Shown: piece after piece, positions 43,601-53,850 of the stretch | Position numbering within the stretch: position 1 is the stretch's first letter | How the letters are laid out: every line of letters begins with the position of its first letter | Virus record (IMG/VR): IMGVR_UViG_3300025849_000018 | Span: 30,928 to 94,927 of that record | Reading direction: 5' to 3' (one strand) | Source of the DNA: a virus | Length of the DNA: 64,000 nt | Made by a program: the position numbers and the translations under genes | Notes under the pieces: generated by a model | Told to the model about the DNA's origin: nothing | The model's input: the letters and a program-made list of their open reading frames with translations, nothing else | Database searches by the model: none

Positions 43601-45445
43601 TAAGTACACGCGATAAATTGCTTCTGGTGTACCTTCAATACCATTCTCGTGTATAATTGAACGAACTCTCGCGTCACCTATTTTGGCGCCGGGAGTAGCA
43701 ATCGCAATATCAATACTGGTACTCAAATAATTTTTAGCAGTACTATGTAACTCTATTTGACTGCCGGTAGTGAAGTTGTGGAATCCAGCAAACTCACTAA
43801 CACGAATATAGTTACCATAATAAATGTCTATATTGGCATTTGCTAATGTTGTTTCCCTAGTTCCCTTCTCTACATTCTCTGAATAGTTTCTAATTGTCTG
43901 AACACGCTTACCATTAATATATGCGTGACCAGGATCAATTACATAAGAGAAGTGTGAGTCGGTGTTGGCGATGGACAGTGTTGAACGAGTTTGTAAGTTA
44001 AATCTATCCAGTACATAGTTACCGGACTCTTCATATGTTCTCCTGGCAAGTTCGTCACCTAACTTGTCATATTGTGTATTTTCTAAAATTGAAAATACAC
44101 GACCCTCGGAGAAATTCACGAGAGGAAGGTATTCTGAATTTCCTTCTGCCTCTTCTTTAGTTTTATTTGTAAGTATCGGCACTAACTGAAGTCTATCAGC
44201 TCCTGGTGCATTTTCATTTAAGAATCCAGCAGAATTATCAAAGAGTGAGGTATCTTGAGAAGAAGTTATAATTGATTCTTGGGTAACATATCCAACCGAC
44301 TCTTGGTCAGGTGAAGTATTATACTTGCTGATAATCAAAGATTGTGCGTCAGTTCTCAGAAAATGTCCTTTCTGATAAATCACACCCTCTGATACAGAAA
44401 CACCATAACCGAATCCTATAGGATTAGTGGCAGAATTAGAAACAGTAACATTTGCTAAAAAGTTATCTGCCGTCAATACCAGTGCAGTAATGGTGCTCGG
44501 TTGATTGTTTTCGGTGGACACTGTAATGTGAGGAACAATCCGATATCCTGTTCCTTTATTTGTCATCGTGACTGTATTGATGCCACCCTCACCGGTGGTG
44601 GTCAGACTTGCGTTCGCACCCTGTCCGACGAAATTAGCTAATACGGAATCTGAAATACCTTTAGCGGTTACAGTAATGTCCTGATTTATTTCAAAATCCC
44701 AATTATCGGTGTTCGCAATCTGTAAGTCGCTGGTGAGTGGTTTGATCCGTAAAGTGACTGCCTGTGTATTGGCGGTTGTGTCAACGGAAATCACGGTCGC
44801 ATTCGCGCCGGTGGAAGATTGAGTAATGATGTCGCCGGCCGCGAACACTACTGAACCAGTCGTATTTGAGAATGTTGTGCCGCCAGTAGTGTTCTGCACT
44901 TCAATTGCGCTTAGAACTACAATACTGTCGGTGTTAGAAAATCCACTCGATCGAGCGACCACTCGTATTTCTTCTATTCGATTGTCGTTGTTATATATTG
45001 TTAAATTTTCGTCAGCAGCAAATGATGCGACATTACCGGCAGTGCCATCATTGAGATAAGTGACATACAAAGTGTTTAAATCTGGATTCTGTAATTCAAA
45101 ACCCGAGACTGTTGAATTGATCTTGGCAATTTTACCAAGCGCATTCTTGGCAAACAATCCTTCATAGTTGGACACCGCAACTGCAAAATTTCGATCGGTA
45201 GTATCTCGTAGTTTAACATACGGAATCTTTTTCTGAAATGAGAATTGACAACCTTCAAGGACTGTTCCTCTCTGTAGAATATGATCTCCAAAAGTTTCTA
45301 TCTGCTGTTGCAACAAAGTCTGTAGTTGGTTTAATTCTCGTACCTGAACAGGGACAGACGGTTGGAACAGTATTTTGTAATAGTCTTTATCTTCTCGATA
45401 ATCATCGAAATAAGGAGTGACTGATAGGTCTGTTTCAATTGACAT
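40667..45445 (-). CDS. Large baseplate structural protein, DUF4815/VrlC-like
   Basis: DLSVTPYFDDY..ILFQP..VQVRELNQLQ; NAPGADRL; LARRTYEESGNY; DFRP; YTMEEIGKLERRI..LEYY; RFKFGFFVDNF. Confidence 0.85.
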   Translation of the reverse strand: MSIETDLSVTPYFDDYREDKDYYKILFQPSVPVQVRELNQLQTLLQQQIETFGDHILQRGTVLEGCQFSFQKKIPYVKLRDTTDRNFAVAVSNYEGLFAKNALGKIAKINSTVSGFELQNPDLNTLYVTYLNDGTAGNVASFAADENLTIYNNDNRIEEIRVVARSSGFSNTDSIVVLSAIEVQNTTGGTTFSNTTGSVVFAAGDIITQSSTGANATVISVDTTANTQAVTLRIKPLTSDLQIANTDNWDFEINQDITVTAKGISDSVLANFVGQGANASLTTTGEGGINTVTMTNKGTGYRIVPHITVSTENNQPSTITALVLTADNFLANVTVSNSATNPIGFGYGVSVSEGVIYQKGHFLRTDAQSLIISKYNTSPDQESVGYVTQESIITSSQDTSLFDNSAGFLNENAPGADRLQLVPILTNKTKEEAEGNSEYLPLVNFSEGRVFSILENTQYDKLGDELARRTYEESGNYVLDRFNLQTRSTLSIANTDSHFSYVIDPGHAYINGKRVQTIRNYSENVEKGTRETTLANANIDIYYGNYIRVSEFAGFHNFTTGSQIELHSTAKNYLSTSIDIAIATPGAKIGDARVRSIIHENGIEGTPEAIYRVYLFDVKMSQGKKFFDVKSIFVAGAIGDLILEPVAGATSGTGAVMKETNRNSLLFDTVYPLKSVANVDYQYRSTATNVESSTAGIFTLSADTNATWNYSGALSFVEERELIITPEEDFIDTLSLGTWVSSTTGVLTASASAFLTTLSAGDYIKIGATTVLVKEVVSDTVLNYLPTSTLSTGALTRCYPTGVPIPLSGRPDATATVTGSTLTVDMDINISAAANVSVVYNQRADGTSTNSVAKTAVRNVFVKINTDLNAAGSSGPWCLGHSDIIRLRNVYLGSASAVDETDTNVTDQFYIDANHTENYYDLGSLHLKYGSSLSLENKFILVEFDYTSHSGQGVKTVSSYTVEDGVALTDLTANVNTLEIPEFVGGTGNYHDLREAIDFRPVTSNTVTANTAAADAPVNPLKAVDASRFAGTIKFPAPESDMFCSMVFYNPRKDIVIAKDDQSRPYTVLTDVKKTPTKTASELNLYEINVPAYPTLPGALSTEIVDILETGLAGSSAKLRRQRYTTKISSIDDQAPGYTMEEIGKLERRIATLEYYVNLSETEDQVKDKTIPSSVDSTLERFKFGFFVDNFTSASFTDLAHPEQNTTFFGGLLLPASESYNIKLNMDENTKNSFVSLHEAKLSSDRRKIISQNDITDGPVIVDIDPPPPEITVCNTEVFISNHHRKNANNGTVFEENTFTLSSNADADGMNITIEFDLYGGKDRFEIFQSSSPSTGFTEIYNSQTLTPTNITPDRRRQLQNKDPNYNINKHWAPNWTGRKDFAQSSKDAVQNYWTTHIGVLTFPYNASAGRYLKVRVVKASWAHEYYITYPRDCLNDIQLPVWATNPDRPPSPSNPVIKPPWQPTYKPPTRPVRWPICIRPVKTPVPIKTPDTGLPKTNREDLLGFSPSASFDPPPVTTQIPIVQKTKIEEAVQKINSTYLPTNLGGMTIPDLTGYNITAPSTTDVSYSSGGSLDRSMVGSGLVSTARFSLK

Positions 45446-45448
45446 TCT

Positions 45449-47575
45449 TTAAAACTCCAAAATAATACGGATTTGTTCTGATTGAGTTGATTCTCTTGTA
45501 ACGGATACATCGTTCTGTAGATAGATGATATTGCCGCTCGTTGGATCGATATCACCATCATATTTATAAAACCCACTCTCAAAAATCTCACCAGAAGTGA
45601 CACCAACAATATTGATATTTGTTGCAAGATTGCCCGATAATCTTGTTAAACTCAGCTGAGTTGTGTTTGATGAGTGTACACGAGCTGTCGATATTACAAC
45701 ATTGCTTGAGTTAGTTTGTTTGACTTCTTCATCGTTTGTAAACTCACCTCCGGTGCCCACACAACGAACCATCTGGTTATAAGTTACATAATTAAATGCG
45801 GGAGTTGATCCGCCAATTCTTTCATTCACATCAACGCCTGTGATCGTGGCAGAGGCGAAACTGTTCGCGGCAATAATAAAACCTTCTTTCGAAAAACCTG
45901 GACTGCATTTCTCAAGATACAATCTTGTTGAACTTGAGATAGATTTCACCACACCATTAGCGACCGGTCGGGCAAAGTGTAATCGTGCTGATGTTGAAGT
46001 GAAGTTAACATTAGATGCAACCACGATGTGCGAACTATTGCTGACCGAAGTCACGGTTGAAATAAACTTATTCTCAACAGAGGCACCGACAGTCTCATCA
46101 GATATATATATAAAATCGCCAGTCTGAAAAAACTTTTCAAGATCATTTGTATCAGCTGATGGGGATGTTATAGCAACTGTGCTTATTGATGAATTTACTG
46201 TTACCAAATCATTTAACTCAATTGTCTGAATTTGTCTAACAAGTTCACCGGTTCTGAATATGCCATCTGATCCCGCGCTATTGCTTTCTTTTTCAATATA
46301 AATTTCTACATTAGAATAGAGAGGATCACGGATTAGACCAAATGTGCCAAAAGTATTTTCGGCAGAGAGTGTGTTGCTTTCATCACGAGAAAATAATGAA
46401 GAAAAACATATTGCGGTCGAGTCTAACTCCGATGCAGGATCAAAACCGTGGCCACCTGGAGGTGAAAGTATTGGCCGCACAGTTGCATTTGATGGTGTTA
46501 CTACATCAGCAATACCTTGAAGAACAGATGCAGTTGAGAAAGAATAATTTTTCCCTGGATTTAAGACCTCAACCTTACTTACACTATTAGAGGATAAAGG
46601 ATCGATAATAGCTCTCGCGAAAGCATTCACTGTCTGTTCGCCATTATCTGTCAACAAAACTTGCGGCGATATTTCGTAATGTGTATCCTGTGTTGGGCTT
46701 ATTGAAAATGTGTTAGCGTCTGTAGTATCTACGCCTGCAATTTCTACAAATACACCACTAGTATTTCCGACGGAACTTATAACTTTCTTAAATTGTCCAG
46801 CACCGGTGCCTGAAGTAAGAGTAATAATGGTATTACTATAAAAGTTTTGAGTTGAATTTGTAACGCCAGATAACTTAAATAGTCTCTGATTACCGTCAAT
46901 ATGAATATCACTGGCAGTAAATGTCGTGTCAGTGATATAATTATTATAATTTTTACCGGCCGCATCAACCTTAACCACATTGATTGCCCCAGCAACAGCG
47001 GTATTCTGCACTGATGTGTTTGCAATCATAGGAATATATTCTTGTGAAGAAAACTTATTGAAATCAACCGAAGAGATCGTGTACATGTATTTCCACTGAT
47101 ATCCATCAGAAGTCTCATAGTAGTCATCACCGGCGGCAAAGAGTGCCTCGTCAAATGTGTTGTCCTGAAAGACAGGCTTTACAGTTGATGCTTGACCATT
47201 ATTATTGAATAGACATTTGTATACATGATAGTTACTAACCTCTTGCACTACAACAAAATACTTCTTTGTACCTAATAGAGCATCTTCGTCATCATACATG
47301 TCATATTTTGTATCTGAGGCCCAATCGTATCTTTTAACCATTAGGGTAATATCACTAGGCGTTAACTTTTTACCGAATATCATATTCCTAAAAGTTTCAA
47401 CCGTCAAGTTACGATAACTTTCGTTAGGTTGGGTGACATCATTCTCAGTTACACCAGTGGCCATGTGATCACCGGCAAAGGCATAATATGTTGTGTTTGC
47501 CGGTTCACCAACAGATTCCGCCAATTGTTGCAGAATGAGTGTTTTTATTTCACTGGGTACAATTTTCTTTGCCAT
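45449..47575 (-). CDS. 8: Baseplate wedge subunit gp8
   Basis: MIFGKK..RYDW...YDMYDD..VYKCL.NN..S..KP..DGYQWKYMYTI; SPPGGHG; SGNIIYLQN..R..QSEQIRIILEF. Confidence 0.88.
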   Translation of the reverse strand: MAKKIVPSEIKTLILQQLAESVGEPANTTYYAFAGDHMATGVTENDVTQPNESYRNLTVETFRNMIFGKKLTPSDITLMVKRYDWASDTKYDMYDDEDALLGTKKYFVVVQEVSNYHVYKCLFNNNGQASTVKPVFQDNTFDEALFAAGDDYYETSDGYQWKYMYTISSVDFNKFSSQEYIPMIANTSVQNTAVAGAINVVKVDAAGKNYNNYITDTTFTASDIHIDGNQRLFKLSGVTNSTQNFYSNTIITLTSGTGAGQFKKVISSVGNTSGVFVEIAGVDTTDANTFSISPTQDTHYEISPQVLLTDNGEQTVNAFARAIIDPLSSNSVSKVEVLNPGKNYSFSTASVLQGIADVVTPSNATVRPILSPPGGHGFDPASELDSTAICFSSLFSRDESNTLSAENTFGTFGLIRDPLYSNVEIYIEKESNSAGSDGIFRTGELVRQIQTIELNDLVTVNSSISTVAITSPSADTNDLEKFFQTGDFIYISDETVGASVENKFISTVTSVSNSSHIVVASNVNFTSTSARLHFARPVANGVVKSISSSTRLYLEKCSPGFSKEGFIIAANSFASATITGVDVNERIGGSTPAFNYVTYNQMVRCVGTGGEFTNDEEVKQTNSSNVVISTARVHSSNTTQLSLTRLSGNLATNINIVGVTSGEIFESGFYKYDGDIDPTSGNIIYLQNDVSVTRESTQSEQIRIILEF

Positions 47576-47610
47576 CTTTTATCTCAGTGGTTAAAGGTTC
47601 TATATGTTAT

Positions 47611-50600
47611 TTATGAAATACTAGCAGTATAAAATGTGTTTTGATTCTCAAACAAACTAAAACTAACAAACATCTCAGTCAAACGAACTATATCTACTGT
47701 AATATCAAGTGAAGCTCCAATATCAGATGATGTCGTACTAAAATATTTACCAAAAGGTTTTGTGCCTGAAACATGTAATACATCAACTAAAACTTTACGA
47801 TAAGTATCAAAAGGTAATGAGGTTAATACTTGATAAGAATACTCTTGATAAAAATCATTGTCATGTAGGTATTTATCACTACTTAAAAACCCCCTGCGAC
47901 TTGTAAAGTAACCAGGAGCAATGCCCTGTTTTCCAAGACCTAGTTTGAAAGATGATGTGACGGTCGGATCACGATTAAGCGTAGCGTTTACTGTCTCACC
48001 ATCACTGTAACCAAATCCAGAGTCAATCAAGGTTGTAGTAGAAATAAAATTATTACCAGACAGCGCCTCTGAAGTGACATTCGCGTTTAACCCAGTCCTA
48101 GGATAGTTTCTAAATTCGTTGACATATGACAATGTAACTGTAAGACCCGTTTCAAGACTTGTAAAAGTTTCACCTACAACAAAATCGTTTGTTGATGGAT
48201 CGTCGTCCGAAATGGATTGAAAACCTCTTGATGTGGGTAGTGTAATTCTAGTTGCGTTGATAGTCTGTGTATTTAGGTCATGTGAGGTGATTACCGCCTT
48301 GGCATAACCGGTGTTTCCTTCAATCGTTTCGCCTACGACAAAGTTTTGACCGACACCCGAATATTTTAATTCATAATCATATCTTTCCAAATAATAAGAC
48401 TTTGGTTCGTGTATTATAAAAATGGGGTCTTTGGCGTATAGTTCGCCTTGAGTGGTCTGAACAATGAACTCAACAGAACCAATCGAAACATCTTCGAAGG
48501 TAAGACCGGTCGTGGCCGTATAATCAATATTGGCAGCGCCACCGCCATAAGTAGTAGAGACATCTAAATTTGCAGTGTTGTATCCAGTAATATTACCTAT
48601 AATAGTATTAGAGTAAAAATTGGTATAAGTTACCTGGTTGTTGCGACTACTGACGGTAAAGTTTGCTGGTGTGCGATAACTAAAAACTCTACCATTTGAA
48701 TAAGATCCGGTTTCAACGCCGTATGTATTGGCATTTTCATAGAATATATTATTGATACTGATTACACCAACTTGAAACTCACTTATTTTTTCAATAGCAT
48801 ATGACTGTGCCGTAGATCGCGAATATATTGGGCGATCTGTTCTGAACGCGCCTGCGCCCGGATTTGTTGTTACTGTTAGTTGATACAATGGAGGTTCAGT
48901 TTTAATTTCACTGACTTTAGCACTGGCATATTCTTGATCGGAATCATTCAGTTGATATATTGTTTCATTCACTGTGATCGCATCATTGGCGCCGATTGTA
49001 TAATCAATTTTAAAAGTGTCTTTGACTCCGATTACATTTGCTGTGGCAGAAATATCAGTATTGGTTGATATTTCGCTTGACAATGTATCGTTTTTTAAGG
49101 ATAATGTATTAACATCGCCTATATAGTCTGTATTAAAGGAAGAAGCTCCTGCTGGAATGGGAAGGGTGGTGTAGAGTTTAAGATCGTCAAAATCGCCAGT
49201 TACTCTGCCAGTGTTATATAATCCAAGGTTTAAATCATTATTATATGTCTGAGTCCCCGGTAAAGTATCTGAAGCAACCAAAAGACCATTTAAATATAAG
49301 TATAAATTATTTCCGCTCTTTACTAACGTATAGTGGTTCCAGTCTGTCCAAGTGGGTTGTGTAGAAGCAACAGTAGTTTGCCAACCTCCGCTCACAGTGT
49401 GCCGTATCTGCAAGCTTGGAGTGGTTGAATTGGGTGCTGTTGCACCTATGTGGATTAACTGATTGCTGTATCCAGTGCCTATGACTGCGGATGTATCTCC
49501 AAAAGCAGAGCCGTCTTGTTTGAACCAAACCGCCCACATAAAATCACTGTTGTTATTCGTGGGTGAAGTTGCAAAGCGCAAAGTGTCGCCTGATGTATAT
49601 TCGAACGCGGAATTGATCACGCCATCTTGACCAGTTTCGTATGTTGGTGTAGCGCCAGAAGTGATGTTTATAGAACCACTGCTACTTCCATCGTTGTCTA
49701 AATTGCCGTTGAACTTATTCCAAACATAAGGGGTTGGGGCGATCGGTACAAAACTATCATAGTCCATTACAAATCCAGTGGCTGAAGACTTTGTTACTCT
49801 TCCCGCATAAACCACAGCATTGGTTACAGAATCGATAATCTCAACATTAGAAGATACTGTAAATGAACTCATATCTTCATTGGTATTAGCTAAATTTACA
49901 CTGACCAGATTTTGTTTGATTGTTTCAAATTGTTTAAACGCTGTCTGATGGTAAAACCACTCCTCGTTCTCGTTGGTCAAGTCATTCATTAAAAGTATTG
50001 ATTCTGATCCTAGAATGCTAGCATTCGCCGAATAACCCCAACCACCATTTATTAACTCAAACTCTACCAAACCTGTTTTGTCTACTACCGAGTCAACACG
50101 CAGTTTACCTCCACGGCCATCACCGTCAGTGAAAGCGATGATGTCACCCAATTTGTATCCTTCGTCATTTTTAACAATCGTTAACGATGAGAGTGATCCG
50201 AGAATACGCGCACTTACATTAGTAGATAAATCATATGTTCTTACATCTTCACCTGTTTGAAAGTTACCTGAAACATTCTCAAGATAAACGACTTCAATAA
50301 ATCTAGAATTCTTCTTGACACGAACCAGTCTATCAGCATAGGCAGTTGATCCAGTTATAGTGCCAGTGATTGTCTGACCAATCAACTGTACATTGGTTTC
50401 ATTCGGATCAATTTCAAGATATTGTACATTGACAAACTCATTGTCTGATGCTTTCAACAAATCATCAGCAGGATAATATATACCAGCTTCAATACCGTAT
50501 ATTAATTTGAAAAATAAATCTACTGCTCTCTCGGTGCCCTTTGCCCTATAAAAGTCTAAAGCATTTTTGATAAAGAGTCTTTTGTTTGACGCGGTGTTGA

Positions 50601-51048
50601 ACTGAATATCAGGTAGATACTTGTTCTTAAATGAAACAATGAACTTCTCAATAGTCGTGTCAATGTCACGAATATCTACTAACTTTCTTGCGAGGTATTC
50701 GTGATTAAAACTTTCAGCGGTGTTAATGTATGATGAACCACCGGAAGAACTAGTACAAAGAGTCAAGTCATTACAGAGAGTGTTACACCTAAACTGATCC
50801 AGTTTATCCAGCTGAACCATATAATAAGTTGAATACACAGCAATGATTTTACCAGTGGTATTTCCCTGCGTGACTGTATCGTTTTTATTGAAATTTGTTG
50901 TATCTTCAAGTGTCAGTAGTTGAAGATTATTTTCTGCCCACTCATAATATGCCTTTACAAAGGTAACAAACATTTTTCCTTCGTCACGATAAAACGCAGG
51001 AAACTGTCCCTCAACAAGAGGACTGATAAAGTCTTCAATCTGACGCAT
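47611..51048 (-). CDS. 7: Baseplate wedge initiator, gp7-like, with inserted LamG domain
   Basis: QFPAFYRD..FV.FVKAYYEW; DFYRAKGT..LFFKLIYG; LHDNDFYQEYSY..LHVSGTK.FG. Confidence 0.8.
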   Translation of the reverse strand: MRQIEDFISPLVEGQFPAFYRDEGKMFVTFVKAYYEWAENNLQLLTLEDTTNFNKNDTVTQGNTTGKIIAVYSTYYMVQLDKLDQFRCNTLCNDLTLCTSSSGGSSYINTAESFNHEYLARKLVDIRDIDTTIEKFIVSFKNKYLPDIQFNTASNKRLFIKNALDFYRAKGTERAVDLFFKLIYGIEAGIYYPADDLLKASDNEFVNVQYLEIDPNETNVQLIGQTITGTITGSTAYADRLVRVKKNSRFIEVVYLENVSGNFQTGEDVRTYDLSTNVSARILGSLSSLTIVKNDEGYKLGDIIAFTDGDGRGGKLRVDSVVDKTGLVEFELINGGWGYSANASILGSESILLMNDLTNENEEWFYHQTAFKQFETIKQNLVSVNLANTNEDMSSFTVSSNVEIIDSVTNAVVYAGRVTKSSATGFVMDYDSFVPIAPTPYVWNKFNGNLDNDGSSSGSINITSGATPTYETGQDGVINSAFEYTSGDTLRFATSPTNNNSDFMWAVWFKQDGSAFGDTSAVIGTGYSNQLIHIGATAPNSTTPSLQIRHTVSGGWQTTVASTQPTWTDWNHYTLVKSGNNLYLYLNGLLVASDTLPGTQTYNNDLNLGLYNTGRVTGDFDDLKLYTTLPIPAGASSFNTDYIGDVNTLSLKNDTLSSEISTNTDISATANVIGVKDTFKIDYTIGANDAITVNETIYQLNDSDQEYASAKVSEIKTEPPLYQLTVTTNPGAGAFRTDRPIYSRSTAQSYAIEKISEFQVGVISINNIFYENANTYGVETGSYSNGRVFSYRTPANFTVSSRNNQVTYTNFYSNTIIGNITGYNTANLDVSTTYGGGAANIDYTATTGLTFEDVSIGSVEFIVQTTQGELYAKDPIFIIHEPKSYYLERYDYELKYSGVGQNFVVGETIEGNTGYAKAVITSHDLNTQTINATRITLPTSRGFQSISDDDPSTNDFVVGETFTSLETGLTVTLSYVNEFRNYPRTGLNANVTSEALSGNNFISTTTLIDSGFGYSDGETVNATLNRDPTVTSSFKLGLGKQGIAPGYFTSRRGFLSSDKYLHDNDFYQEYSYQVLTSLPFDTYRKVLVDVLHVSGTKPFGKYFSTTSSDIGASLDITVDIVRLTEMFVSFSLFENQNTFYTASIS

Positions 51049-52823
51049 TAGAGTCTGACCTGTTCAACAGTCACGGTAATATCTTCTGGACGGATTTTTA
51101 GAATGGTTCTTCGCTCTGACTTCACATCTAGATCAAAAGTTTTAGCAAAAATATTAAAAGATTTATCAACCAGTTCTGTAGGCGCAAATTGATTTATTAC
51201 TAAAACGCCTGTCTCATAATTAACTGTACCAATGTTACGAAGAGCAACGTGGGTTCCGAATGATGTTGTGCCGATATTCAGTATACCACCGCCGTCATCC
51301 TCAATGAAACATTCGTGTCCGCTAAAGATAAATTTAGAAGATGATATGATAGAAGTTTCGTTGGCACCGTGAACACTTGGTAACTTAGGTATATTGTCTT
51401 TTAACTTGACTCCAAAATCAACGGTGAAGTTTGTAGGTTTCTTAACCACTGGCACAATCGTTTTGACAGCGAGAATCTCAGTATCGTTACTAACGATTGA
51501 TATCTGAGAACTATCAATACTAGCAAGAAGGCGACTATAACGAAGCGTCTTATTAAATCCATTCAAGGTGCTCGCATTATAATTTTGAATTGATGACTTG
51601 ACAATGAACTGTATATCGTTTACTGTCAACTGAGTTTGGTTCAGGTTATAACGAACTTTAGAATCCACTTTAATGTAAGTATATTCGGGTTTCACGAATA
51701 TGGGATCAATGGCCAATGGCGAACGCTTCTTTATGAAACTAGCGAATGCCGCTCTTCGTGAAGGAGGTAACTCATCTGTTGATTTCAAGTCAACAGCAAT
51801 AATCACTTTACCAAACTTCGGCGGCACGAACTCTTCACCACCATAAGCTGAGACATCATTGATTTCAGTAAACTGGTTAGACAGCAGTGTTTCATAATCC
51901 CTTGATGTAACAACGCGCTCTTGTGTAGTGAACGCACGAGGAGCATTGAACTTAATGGAGTCTAGACTTTCTGAGATTGTTCCACCCTTAGCAGCCTCGT
52001 TCACAACAACATTTGTAATGAGACTTGTTCCTACTTTGCCATCAGCTGAGAACAACGCAATCCCGTTAGGTAACTCACCGTTACAAGCGCGATACTGAAT
52101 CGTTACGATTGCTCTATCTTTTGGTTTGCGACCAATGATACCATCACCAAATACAATCTCATATCGGTCGTTGTCTGCCGGCTGAATAAAGAATACCTCA
52201 GATGTTGATCCAAGACCAAACAGAGAATCTGATCTGGTATATGACTTGAGAGTGCCGCCGTTATCTTCAAGCACACCTACAAGAAGACTTGTAACATCAA
52301 TTGTTTTATTTGATAATATAAATCGTTGTGAGTCATCGTTATTGACTACAAATGAATCTGAAACATAATCGCCTTCGTATAAATTAATATTCTCTGCGAT
52401 GAAAGTATTAGCCGCAACACCCGGCTTCGTAACAACATTATCACCAGTTACAAAAGTATAGTTGCGATTGCCCGATGTTCCAGTGAACGAGGTGCCGCGA
52501 GGAATAATAACTGAGGCCGCGTCACCATCATAGATAGATAAATTGACATTCGCAGTAGCAGACCTAAAAGAACGAGGTAAATAGTTAAGTTCTTTTGTGT
52601 GAGATATAACAGAATCGCGCAGCTGAGCGCTGTCAAGAAACATTTCACTTCCTAACATATTCAAATAAAATCCATTAAGATAACTATTATATGAAAGAAT
52701 ATCTAAAAGAACATTGATGTTTGACCCTTCAAAATCATAATCTTGAAAGACAGTTTGTTCTTTTAGATAATTTTTTAAATTTCCCTTGATTGAATCAAAA
52801 TCAAGTGTTGTTAAGTCAGTCAT
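51048..52823 (-). CDS. 6: Baseplate wedge subunit gp6
   Basis: LDFDSIK.NLK..DYDFEGS..LLDILSYN..FLDSAQLRDSV; YEIVFGDG; IKFNAPR.F.TQ.RVVT..DY. Confidence 0.95.
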   Translation of the reverse strand: MTDLTTLDFDSIKGNLKNYLKEQTVFQDYDFEGSNINVLLDILSYNSYLNGFYLNMLGSEMFLDSAQLRDSVISHTKELNYLPRSFRSATANVNLSIYDGDAASVIIPRGTSFTGTSGNRNYTFVTGDNVVTKPGVAANTFIAENINLYEGDYVSDSFVVNNDDSQRFILSNKTIDVTSLLVGVLEDNGGTLKSYTRSDSLFGLGSTSEVFFIQPADNDRYEIVFGDGIIGRKPKDRAIVTIQYRACNGELPNGIALFSADGKVGTSLITNVVVNEAAKGGTISESLDSIKFNAPRAFTTQERVVTSRDYETLLSNQFTEINDVSAYGGEEFVPPKFGKVIIAVDLKSTDELPPSRRAAFASFIKKRSPLAIDPIFVKPEYTYIKVDSKVRYNLNQTQLTVNDIQFIVKSSIQNYNASTLNGFNKTLRYSRLLASIDSSQISIVSNDTEILAVKTIVPVVKKPTNFTVDFGVKLKDNIPKLPSVHGANETSIISSSKFIFSGHECFIEDDGGGILNIGTTSFGTHVALRNIGTVNYETGVLVINQFAPTELVDKSFNIFAKTFDLDVKSERRTILKIRPEDITVTVEQVRL

Positions 52824-53258
52824 TTATCTTACTCTATAAAGTGTAATGTTGAGTTTTTCGGGTGTCGGCGATGTTGATGTCGCAAACTTTAAACTTATAA
52901 TTAACTCGTCTTCTTTCTCATTTGTAGTTACATTCAGTTCTAGAATTCGCACCCTCGGTTCATTATTGTCAATTGTTTTCCTAACACGATCTTCTACCTC
53001 ACCCAATACTGTTTCAGAAAAAGGTTCAAACAGATACGCCGAAATAGTAGAACCGAAAGCAGGATTTCTTCTTCTCTCATATTTATTAGTCAATAAAAGA
53101 TTCCTAATTGCCATAGAAACCGAAGATTCATTGGTCTTACGAGACAACTGCCTAGTAAAGGGATTAGGCAAAAAAGATTTATCAAAGTCACTATATATTT
53201 CATAGTCAGCATCAGTCTGTTTATACTCCTGATTATTCTTTATGATTCTTGCGGCCAT
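52824..53258 (-). CDS. 25: Baseplate wedge subunit gp25
   Basis: YSDFD..F..NP..IRNLLLT..ER..P.FGS...LFE..EPRV. Confidence 0.9.
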   Translation of the reverse strand: MAARIIKNNQEYKQTDADYEIYSDFDKSFLPNPFTRQLSRKTNESSVSMAIRNLLLTNKYERRRNPAFGSTISAYLFEPFSETVLGEVEDRVRKTIDNNEPRVRILELNVTTNEKEDELIISLKFATSTSPTPEKLNITLYRVR

Positions 53259-53268
53259 CTGTTATACC

Positions 53269-53844
53269 TTATGCGTTTTTCGGACCACCGGTGTCGCCGG
53301 AAATAGTAAATCCATCCGAGAATGTATGAGTGTGCGCGGCGAAATCAAGACCCGAAGTTGATCCAGTTGTACCAGAAGCACCGCCACCATCCGTGAAGAA
53401 GTGTTCGTGCGTCTTCAGATTAATAGTATCAGCAATGACATCCGTTGTACCTGTGACTGTTGCTCCAGTTATATTGCCTGTTGTAGTAATATTTGCTGCC
53501 CCGAAATTTGCAGTTGTAGCGCCACTCACTGTAACCGAAGAACCAGAAACAGTAATTGTCACTGTCCCGTTTGTAATTTTTACTGTTTGATTTGCATCTA
53601 TTTCGATATGCCCCGCAGAAGCAGCATTAGGATATGGATTATATGCGCCAGCAGGATTGTTTGCGCTAAATGTACTGTTAGCAGTTAATCGAATGCTTCG
53701 AAGTTCTATATCTAAATCTTCAAGTTCTTCTGGTATTGCTGCTGACTCTGCATCTTTAGTTACTTTTAATGTTTGAAATTCAGTAACTAAATCATCAATC
53801 TCGCTTTGAAAACTTGTTACAAATTCCGGTGTAGTATATGCCAT
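53269..53844 (-). CDS. Putative spike/tip protein with HxH motifs
   Basis: Beta-helix-like ITTTGNITGATVTGTTDV..LKTHEH...HTHT..GDTGGP; start ATG 53844. Confidence 0.55.
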   Translation of the reverse strand: MAYTTPEFVTSFQSEIDDLVTEFQTLKVTKDAESAAIPEELEDLDIELRSIRLTANSTFSANNPAGAYNPYPNAASAGHIEIDANQTVKITNGTVTITVSGSSVTVSGATTANFGAANITTTGNITGATVTGTTDVIADTINLKTHEHFFTDGGGASGTTGSTSGLDFAAHTHTFSDGFTISGDTGGPKNA

Positions 53845-53850
53845 TATCAA

